From Podarcis filfolensis (taxonomy: Eukaryota), in the NCBI GenBank assembly GCA_964270895.1, contig OZ185441.1: DNA of 64,000 nucleotides; one strand, 5' to 3'. The stretch's first letter is position 1. Each line of letters begins with the position of its first letter. Below are positions 39,010 to 47,420 of the stretch, in pieces. A program made the position numbers and the translations under genes. The notes below the pieces were generated by a model, which was not told the origin of the DNA, made no database searches, and worked only from the letters and a program-made list of their open reading frames with translations.

Positions 39010-39349
39010 ACGCAGGTAGCGCTGTGGGTTAAACCAGAGCCTAGGGACTTGCTGATCAGAAGGTCGGCGGTTCAAATCCCTACGACGGGGTGAGCTCCCG
39101 TTGCTCGGTCCCTGCTCCTCCCAACCTAGCAGTTCAAAAGCACGTCAAAGTGCAAGTAGATAAATAGGTACTGCTCCGGTGGGAAGGTAAACGGTGTTTC
39201 CGTGCACTGCTCTGGTTCGCCAGAAGCGGCTTAGTCATGCTGGCCACATGACCCGGAAGCAATACGGCGGCTCCCTCCGCCAATAAAGCAAGATGAGCGC
39301 CGCAACCCCAGAGTCAGCCACGACTGGACCTAATGGTCAGGGGTCCCTT
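39010..39349 (+). mobile_element. Near full-length Sauria SINE, about 0.6 kb upstream of the EDN1 TATA box
   Basis: GTAGCGCTGTGGGTTAAACC (box A), GGTTCAAATCC (box B), AAAGTGCAAGTAGATAAATAGGTA and GGCCACATGACCCGGAAG…CGCAACCCCAGAGTC…GACTGGACCTAATGGTCAGGGGTCCCTT, matching my recall of the Sauria SINE consensus. Confidence 0.9.
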
Positions 39350-39668
39350 AAATGAACGCAGGGGGTAGGGGTGGGCCTTCCAGGTGTTGCTGGTCCCCCA
39401 GCCAGCATGGCCAATGGTCATGGGTGATGGGAGTCCAGAAATATCTCGAGGGACCCCGCAGTGAAACCCCTCCCCCCCCCGCTGAATAAATGCTAACTCA
39501 GGCACAGAATTGAAGGTAGTAAACCATCGCTGTCTTTTGCATATATTGGGGGGCAATTTCCCGTGGCCGCCTCCCGCCTTTTAAAACCTGACCCGAAAGC
39601 AATCCCACTGCCGTTTCTAATCACGGGCAGCGGGCCAAAGCCCCCCAGGCGCAGCAGAGGCCGCGGCG

Positions 39669-39687
39669 GTGCGCCCCCTGGCGGCCG
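39669..39687 (-). promoter_or_regulatory. Strong CTCF motif upstream of EDN1
   Basis: The minus strand reads CGGCCGCCAGGGGGCGCAC against consensus TGGCCACCAGGGGGCGCTA. All core positions match. Confidence 0.7.
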
Positions 39688-39727
39688 CGCGCTGGAGGCG
39701 CCCTTGGCCCGCGGGATTTCGGTCTTT

Positions 39728-39950
39728 CCGAAAGGTCTGCTCCGGGTATTTATTTTCCTGTGCAACCCTGCCCCTGCCTTGCCAGACGGCGTCTGCCTCA
39801 GAAGCTCGCAGCGATTTCCTCCCGAGCCTGCCCTTATCTCGCTCTGCACGTTGCCTCTCGGTGACTAATGACACAATAACATTGTCTCGGGATAAAATAA
39901 AGTAGGAGCGCTGTTTACTCCGCTCTGTAGGGGAGCGGTATAAAAGGAGC
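39728..39950 (+). promoter_or_regulatory. EDN1 proximal promoter: SMAD-type CAGAC/GTCTG palindrome (39783-39795), GATA TTATCT (39834-39839), HIF element TGCACGT (39845-39851), AP-1-like TGACTAA (39862-39868), ACAAT/ATTGT (39873-39885), FOX TGTTTAC (39912-39918) and TATAAAA (39939-39945)
   Basis: Motifs read directly. Their order and spacing match the well-characterised mammalian EDN1 GATA-HRE-AP1-CAAT-TATA cassette (established; sequence comparison from memory). Confidence 0.88.
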
Positions 39951-40174
39951 CGCCCAGAGCCAGCGCGGGCAGAAGCTCGCAGGGAGCCTCGTTGCAACAC
40001 GGAGACACAGCCTCACTGCTGCCTAGCGGATTGCGGAGTCCTTTCGTCTTCCTTGGATGCTTGGCGAGCAAGCACAGTCGCTCGGCTACTACCTGCAACC
40101 TGCTGCGGGAGCAAACGGGGTTTAAAGGGGGAGTTCCATTCGCTTGCCTTGGGTTTACCAGAAGAGTCGTCGGA

Positions 40175-40226
40175 ATGGATTACACGCGACTGATCCTTCC
40201 CTTGCTCTTTGTGATCAGCCACACAG
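40175..40226 (+). CDS. EDN1: EDN1 exon 1 coding part, signal peptide MDYTRLILPLLFVISHT
   Basis: Strong Kozak GGAATGG, a hydrophobic core and donor CAG|GTAAGC. 52 nt, phase 1. Confidence 0.9.
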
Positions 40227-41984
40227 GTAAGCTGAGGAATCCGCTGCGCTTTCTTTCTTTTTTCACCCCCCCGGGGGGGGGAGATAATGCATGCTTCTCC
40301 TACCCCCTCCACTCCCGTTTTTCCAAGTTCCCACTGCAAGCGTGCCTAGGTCAAGAGTGTACTTTTGCTGGTAGACTGCGTCCAGCCGAGGAAGAGTCAT
40401 AAGGCTCTGAGGTCACTGGCCTGAAACTCTCTTCTACCTGAGCGCTGGCTTCTTCGCTTCGCTTGCTGCCAAGGTGTTAAGGAGCGCCTCGGCTGCGATC
40501 CACAAGGCCGTTAACCCGGAGTGGCTGGTTTTAACCAGATTCCTCTGAGAGTTAACGCGATCTTATGGCGGATAAATGTTTGGTGGCATGTGCACCGCAC
40601 ACAGAGTAAACGAGTATTCTGCCGCTACTGGTTTTGTGGTTGCGAAAGTTCGATTATTTAAAGGGTTTTTTCTTTTATATGCCCCGTCTCATCCCTTCGA
40701 GCGGATTTTCTCGACCTTGTTTAATCTCTACGAATAATTCTGCATTGACATGTTGAGCCCGGGGAGGTAACCTGGATGGGATTTCGGACTAAGGGCATCC
40801 TGGTTTTACCGCACTCCTTTGCAGAGCTAAGCGCTCCTAAAAACCCATTCCTTTGAACAGACTTTGGCACGCTGGAGACACCCACAAACTCCACATGCGG
40901 AGGCACCCGCCGCCGGTGAGAATTACAAGCGGCCTGCCCATGCCCATGCCTACTCGGAAGTAAACCCTAATAATAATAAAAAGGTACAACCAGCCCATCC
41001 ATTGCCTAAAAATCGCAAATTGCCTTACCTGATCTGATTCTGGCTCCGTTTTAGCCTCCGTAGCATACCTATACCTACCCTGCACAAACATTATTCGAAA
41101 GATGCTCAGGATCGCATTTTCCCTCTTAGTGAGCATCTTCAGAATAAGCGCAGGGACTCTCGATTCGCCTATTTAATGGAACTTGTTGCGATTGTATGAA
41201 TTCAAGGAGTCGAGCTACCCTCCCTAGACTGGGGAATAAGCCCCCACTGAATACAAGGGTTGCTTCCCAGTAGGCTAGGTTACGATTTTTCCAGAGGTGC
41301 CAACTTGAATAAAATATTGGGGGGGGGCAGGTAAGCTTTGTCCCGCAGGATCCTCCACAAGAAGCCACACGCACAATTGAATGGCAATGCCCATCAACTG
41401 GGGCGGGCGCTAGCGACCCCCTCAAATACTTTATTGGGGAGGCGAAGGGACCTCGGCCCCTAGGAGTTGGTTCCTATGTCACGCAGCATCAGGAGGTGAG
41501 GGAAAGCGAGGTGGAGTGGAGTGGAGGGGGAATGAACTGGGTCTAAGGCCCCCCTCGGAGGGCATCCCCAAGGCAGCCACCGCTCCGGCTCTGCGGTTCC
41601 TCCAACAATGTGTGAAATGGATTTAAGACTCATCAGCTGCTTGCATGGCGCCATAAAACAGAAGCGCTCCGGTTTAAAAGCCCTTGCTTTTTAAAAGTCC
41701 CCCTTAGATTTCGCCTTCCTCTGCTGGCTCGGATCAAGAACGTCAGCCAAAAAAGCTGCGTCTTTATTGTCAGCCACGTGGAGAAAGTTGCCCGGTAACG
41801 ACGATCGCCGCGTGTCCCTGATAAACCTTGCGCTGCCCTGCAGGCATGGCAGCTCTCCCGTCTCCTTTCCGAATAGCGCGCCTTCCCTCCCGGCCCAGCT
41901 CCGATAGGAGCGCCTGCCTGTCTCGTGGCTTCTTTCCCCTTTGCACAAGCGCCGCTCAAGCGCTGCTCTTTCTCTCTCCTGCAG

Positions 41985-42147
41985 ATGCTGCAGACGCGGA
42001 GCTCGGCGCCTCCGAGAGCGCCCAAAGGCAGCCTTCGAGCGCCCCCTGGCCGCTGCGCAGGTCCAAGCGGTGCTCCTGCTCTTCCCTGATGGATAAGGAG
42101 TGTGTCTATTTCTGCCACCTGGACATCATCTGGATCAACACTCCCGA
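41985..42147 (+). CDS. EDN1: EDN1 exon 2, containing the furin site RRSKR and mature endothelin-1
   Basis: Acceptor TCTCTCTCCTGCAG|AT and donor GA|GTGAGT. 163 nt, phase 1 to 2. Confidence 0.97.
42071..42133 (+). other. EDN1: Mature endothelin-1 peptide [21 protein letters not shown] (21 aa)
   Basis: Identical to mammalian ET-1 (the SSLM signature distinguishes it from ET-2 and ET-3). Followed by INTPE. Confidence 0.98.
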
Positions 42148-43815
42148 GTGAGTACTGCCTCCTCCTTGGAACTAATCCATTAATGCAGTTTTTTTTATTA
42201 TTATCGCGGCGAGGTTGCGGTTGTGGCATAATTAGCCTGCTAATTCCTCCTTTAAAGTAACCTCCTCAGCTCATCTGTCTGGTGCTCTCTCTGGGCCATA
42301 ATCACAGCACCAGTCTGGTACCAAGCAGAAGGCTAAGTGTATCTTAGACTTTGCATAGCGCCAGCTGGAAAAAAAAATCATAATTTTTTAAAAGCAATTA
42401 AGCACCAAAGCATTTCATGTTGCTGCACTAAAAGTACAAATCAAGGCATTGCTTTCTGAAAGTATCACTTCACTAATAGTACCTTTAGTGGATTCAGATG
42501 TAACTCTCACAAAGTCCAAAAGGGCTTACTCTCAAGTAGGTGTGTAGGATTGCAGCCCTAATGGTTGCGACTGTGATCCCTGAAACCAGTGGGATTTAAG
42601 TAGCTTTATAGGTGCATCCTAGGATATCCTAGGACGCTTCTTAATGACAGAAGAAGAAGACTTGAAGTAACATGAAGAATGCTGAGGGTTGCATTTTACT
42701 TCCAAGAGAGTAGTGGCTCATTATATGAAACAAGGTTTGCTTATGAATAAACATGCTTACTAACTCCAGCTTTTCATGCTATTCTGGTCCTAAACAAATT
42801 TTAAATTCTTCTGAAAAGAATTTGTACTAGGCTGCTTAATGGCTAAAAGGTTAAAGCCAGTTAAATTGTTCTGTTTCGGGATTGTGTGTGCATTGGGGTA
42901 GGGTAAAAGAGTTGATTCACCCAGAAACAAAATAATTTGCAGCGTTAGACTGAAATTTGTTACTGGATTGTAGCCAAGAAGGGAGGGGGAGGAATATCTT
43001 GAGCACATTCCGCTAAGACAGAATCTAGTCAAAAATTCTTTCTGTGGCTCCTTGCTGGCTCAGCATAATGTGTGGAAGGACCATGGTTAATCACCATTAG
43101 AGATTAGCAAAGAAAGGCCAGGAATGCTGTTGTCCAAAGAATTGTGTTGTATAATTAAAAGCACCATTGATAAGTGCGCTGAAATGTATCTTTAAAAACC
43201 ACCATCTGGCACTAACATCACCAATAGCATTTTAATTAGTTGCCTTAATAGTGTAATAATTGGAAGGAGGGCTTCATTGCTAAATAGACATGAATGGTGC
43301 AACCTATTTGTATTTTGAATTGGGAGAGAGCTCATTGCATGCTGATGAAGATGCATAACGAATCTTGAATTTTAACACATCTCACACAGCACACTGAATT
43401 CTGAATTTTAACACGTTTCGCACAGTGTGCAGAAGCAAACTTGGGTTTTGTCTTCAAGTAGGGACATCTCCTTGACAAGTATACATATTTGATGCCAGCG
43501 TTTGCAAACATCAATTTGTCTTGGTCACACACTATTGTGCTCCGGAAAATGAAATTTGTAAAGTGGCTCTAGAAGTCAGCCTAAATATGAGTTCCCTCAA
43601 GTTTCAGTTGTGACAGCTAACATTTGCTAAAATGCAAACTGGTGTTGCTTTTTCCACCAGCCTATGCAAATGTGTGTTAGAAGTCATTAGCAAATGTAAG
43701 TTTCAAACTTTGGTGTGGCCAGAGTCCTTTTAAATCAACGCTCCTAACTTTTATTTCTGTGAGTGAATTAAACAGTTCTCTCCCTCTTCTCTCTCTCCCC
43801 TCCCTCCAACGATAG

Positions 43816-43962
43816 GCGAATTGTGCCATATGGGCTCGGGAGTCCTTCCCGATCAAGGCGGTCACTGGAAGATTTACCTCTTGGAAGACATGGAAGATGC
43901 CAGTGTGCTAACCTAAAAGACAAGAAGTGCACAAGCTTCTGCGAGACTGGAAAAGAACACTG
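43816..43962 (+). CDS. EDN1: EDN1 exon 3: big-ET-1 C-terminus ([15 protein letters not shown]) and endothelin-like peptide [15 protein letters not shown]
   Basis: Acceptor AACGATAG|GC and donor TG|GTACGT. 147 nt, phase 2 to 2. Confidence 0.95.
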
Positions 43963-44037
43963 GTACGTTTTGGTTTGTTCTGTCCTCTTTCACCTGTGCT
44001 ATAATGAATTGAGTGCTAGGTTCCAGTTTATTAGATA

Positions 44038-44276
44038 CAGTCGTACCTTGTTTTGCGACTGGAATCTGTTCCGGAGCTCCGGCCGCTAGCTGAAAAGGAC
44101 GCAGGGCAAAGCGCCGCATATGCGCGAAGCGGTTTGTGCTTCTGCGCATGTGCGAAGCGCGATTTAGCACTTCTGCGCATGCACCAGCGGCAAACCCGGA
44201 AGTAACCCATTCCGGTACTTCCGGGTTTGCCGCGAACGTTCGCCAGAATGGACGCTAGATGAAGCGGGTATTACTG
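44038..44276. mobile_element. Tc1/mariner-type MITE in EDN1 intron 3 with an internal perfect 18-bp hairpin
   Basis: TA-flanked (44036-37, 44277-78), imperfect TIR CAGTCGTACC / GGTATTACTG. Hairpin arms at 44187-44204 and 44216-44233. Confidence 0.8.
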
Positions 44277-44307
44277 TACTAGAATAAGTATACTATACAT
44301 GAGTAGA

Positions 44308-44310
<3 letters not shown>

Positions 44311-44341
<31 letters not shown>
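44311..44341 (+). repeat. (TG)15 microsatellite in EDN1 intron 3
   Basis: Direct read of the sequence. Confidence 0.97.
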
Positions 44342-44345
<4 letters not shown>

Positions 44346-44644
44346 GGCCATAATTTTTTTTAAAAAAAGCTTAAGTGTAGGCAAAGAACCAGAGTGGTAT
44401 ATAGAGTGTTGGACTCACATACTGTAAGATTCAAATCTCCATTCAGCCATGAAACTCATTAGTGATGTTTGGTCTCTTAGTCCAGCATACCTGTTAGGCT
44501 CTTGTCTAGTTAATACTGGAGTGTTGACAAGTATGGAGAAAAGCTAGGGTAAAAAAAGAAATGTAATTGTTCATTATATGTAAATCATGCAAGTGTCCTC
44601 ATAGCCGCACCTCTTTTGCTCTTTCCTTTTAAAAATATAAACAG

Positions 44645-44758
44645 GACTCAGTCCACCACAGAGAAAGGCTGGAGAAATCTTCATAAAGATAGAGGTTGCA
44701 AAGGGCTTGGATTGAAATGTGCGTTCAGACAACTGGCTAACAGCAAAAAAATGAGAAG
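44645..44758 (+). CDS. EDN1: EDN1 exon 4 (TQSTTEKGWRNLHKDRGCKGLGLKCAFRQLANSKKMRR)
   Basis: Acceptor AAACAG|GA and donor AG|GTGAGT. 114 nt, phase 2 to 2. The C-x6-C and KKMRR pattern corresponds to human DCSKLGKKC...RKIRR. Confidence 0.9.
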
Positions 44759-45607
44759 GTGAGTTTGTTATTTGATACCCTGTGGGGGGAAAGGGTTGAG
44801 TGAAAGAAATGTCTGTGCAAGAGGGTATAAGCTGTGTTTAGTTCTCTTAAAAAATCTGGGGAAAGTGAAGCCTTTTGGTAGCTGGGGTAGAATCTTTGCA
44901 CCACAACTGTTACCTACACAGTTTCTTCATTGTATGGAACAGACTGCTTCATGGAAACCAGGAAGTGTTAGGAACAGGACCTTGGATCGGATAGATTTGC
45001 ATTCAGTTGAATTGCCTTTAGGCTACTTGGCAGATGTATTTTGCTCATATGCAAGCATCTAATTAAGCACCAAATATGGTGCCTGAAATAAGTTTTCTCA
45101 CAGATGAGACTGGCAGTGACTCTAAAGGGTGTTTTTCTCCCCCTTTTAACTTTACCTGAAGCATATTGATCTCTTACTTTTGTGATTAATGTTGAGCATT
45201 ATCTTGCAGAAAGTAATCCCATTTAATAAATTTATGTAAATATCCTGCTTCCAAAATGGGTTTGGCACTTCAAAGTGCTAAGTCTCTTCAGGGGAGAAAT
45301 CATGCCTATGCAGTCCTCACAATAAATTAAATCCTGGCTGTGGATGACTGCAAAAAGAGTTCCACGTATGGACACCAAAATATACTGCATATACACCATT
45401 TAATGTACATGGAGGCAGATTCTCATAATAAAAACTGAGGTGCAATGTGCGTTAGTTGTCATTCTTCCTTTTTGAAACTGCTACTGCTTTTAACAGCCGA
45501 CTGATACAGGGATTTAGCAGGTGAGACTTCTATCATCCCTTTGCTCCCTGCCATAAAATATGGCAGACCTTTAGGGTTATATTGAATCAACTTGAATTAG
45601 TATAGGA

Positions 45608-45741
45608 CAGGTTTTTCCCAAATGGGTCTCCAGCTGCTTTTGGACTACAATTCCCATCGCCCCTGACCACTAGTCCCGCTAGCTAGGGATGATGGGAGTT
45701 GTAGTCCAAAACAGCTGGAGACCCAAGTTTGGGAAGCCCTG
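45608..45741. mobile_element. hAT-superfamily palindromic MITE (134 bp) in EDN1 intron 4
   Basis: Almost fully self-complementary. Perfect 8-bp TSD GTATAGGA at 45600-45607 and 45742-45749. Confidence 0.93.
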
Positions 45742-45907
45742 GTATAGGAGTATGTGGATGTGTGTTTCGTTTAACATCTCAAAAGGTGGGAAGGAAAAAG
45801 GAGCAGAATTGCTATGTACAAGCATCTATACAATCTGGGTTACATGTGAATAGGAAGATCAGAATGTATGATCTCTCGATTTATTTAATGGTTTCTTGTT
45901 TCTGCAG

Positions 45908-46049
45908 GTTGGATGCCATCGGTAATAGTATCAAAGCGTCTTTTAATATTGCCAAACTGAAGAGCAGGCTGCACAAACCAAAGCAGATGAAGCATAACCG
46001 AACATATCAAAAGCAAAATATTTGGGAAAGCCTGAAGACGACGTCTTAG
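45908..46049 (+). CDS. EDN1: EDN1 exon 5 coding part (LDAIGNSIKASF...WESLKTTS*)
   Basis: Acceptor TTTCTTGTTTCTGCAG|GT, phase 2, stop TAG at 46047-46049. Total CDS 618 nt, 205 aa. Confidence 0.88.
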
Positions 46050-47420
46050 TGGAAAGATCACCAACCCTAATCCTCGAGTCATCACGAATTACTGACAAAG
46101 CATTGCTGAAGCTCTGTTTTGACTTCTTAACATTCCACTCCAGGAAAAGATCAAGGAGTGTTGTTCTAAATATTAACTCTCTGAAAGTAGAGGAGGGCCC
46201 AAATAAATCTTCCCTTTGGACAGATGACAAAGCAGTTAAATACTGCCATCTTCTTGGAATTCCACTGAATGGGTTGGGTCAGAAAGCATCCCTTCAACTG
46301 GTTTTCTTTTTCGGTGGGCTGTCAGATGAAGAAAGGGCAAATCTGGGCCCCATTTCTTCAGAGAGGGTAAAATTGAAGCAGTGATCTTATTTGGTTTGGC
46401 AGGCTTCTCTTAACATATAATGCAAGCTCTTTTGGGATCAAGAAGATCAGAAATGAAGAGGTCAAGATCTGAAAGAGAAGACTTGCATCGTTTTGACTTA
46501 AATTAAAATGGAAAATGACTGTGCTACTTGGATCAGGACACACATCCTACATAACAACTCTACCTCAAATGCTCTTATGTTGCACTCTTGCCAAAGTATT
46601 GTTATAACTTTTTTGTGTGACCTTCAAGCATCTGTTACAACCTCTTATTTTTTAATCATTCATAAATGCCAGTAGCTCGCCATTCTGTAGCTCTGAACTT
46701 TCAAGGCTGTGGATAAAAATGGTCTTCTACACTCTGTGCTGACAAAGGAAAGAAACTAACAGGCCCCATCCTAAAGACGGCACAGATTCCTGGGAAGTAG
46801 ATCTCACTGCCTTTCTGCTTTTGCAGTGCAATCCTATATCTTAACTTGGAAGCAACTCCTATTGAGCTCAATGGGACTTGCTTCCTGGTAAGTGTGTACA
46901 CGATTGCAGCCTCAGATAAGCAAGCTTGGGATTGATGTACACGAGCTTGGCAGAAATGAAGTTTAGCTTAACACAATAAACTGCATGAACACTCAATGCA
47001 AGAGGAGATCTGACAGCATTTAGTGTAATGTGGAGATGCAGATAATTAATATCCTAATAAGAGGTAGATGCTGCATTGGCAAGATCTCTTGAAATGAAAG
47101 TCTGTATGGCAGCAGGTGGCTTAAAAATAAGATGAAAAAGCAGTGGATGTTCATAGCAGTGGGTTTATCTATAAGACAATTCGCTGAATAAGGTCTGGAT
47201 TGTAATTTTGTATGATGTGGCATATTTTTTAATCTATATATTGTATTTATATTCATGAAACTGACATTATATTTACCATGTTGAATATTCATTGAAACAG
47301 GCCATATTGGTCTATGCATGTCTTATGTATTTCTGTATGAAATTAGGGAAAATGCCTTATGTCTGTTAAGGTAAACATATAAGAAATAAGAAATAAATAT
47401 TTTTAACTTTCTTTAACATT
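46050..47420 (+). promoter_or_regulatory. EDN1 3' UTR with miRNA seed sites, three AUUUA pentamers (47018, 47245, 47271) and poly(A) signals at 46975 and 47392
   Basis: Motifs read directly. The UTR end is inferred from AATAAA at 47392-47397 followed by a U-rich tract. Confidence 0.7.
46826..46912. repeat. Short palindromic interspersed repeat (GCAATCCTAT…GATTGCAGC) inside the EDN1 3' UTR. Related copies near 18580-18670, 42495-42560, 52256-52332 and 59718-59790
   Basis: Shared termini and an internal ATTGA(G/A)(C/T)TCA(A/G)TGGGACTT core between copies. Family unassigned. Confidence 0.65.

Larger units (their letters stand above)
39560..42150. other. CpG island spanning the EDN1 promoter, exon 1, intron 1 and exon 2
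   Basis: Dense unmutated CpG and high GC against an otherwise CpG-depleted, AT-rich background. Estimated by eye, not computed. Confidence 0.8.

Noticed and set aside
42038-42053. CTCF-like AGCGCCCCCTGGCCGC inside EDN1 exon 2 (and a + strand CCAGCAGATGTCAG at 19847)
   Set aside because: Each has a mismatch at a high-information core position, and the exonic one is explained by codons in a GC-rich exon.
41633-42229. 198-aa antisense ORF over EDN1 exon 2 (and other 100-136 aa ORFs at 39.5-40.4 kb)
   Set aside because: These lie in a GC-rich CpG island where stops are rare. They have no recognisable domain and are Arg/Gly/Ala/Pro-biased.
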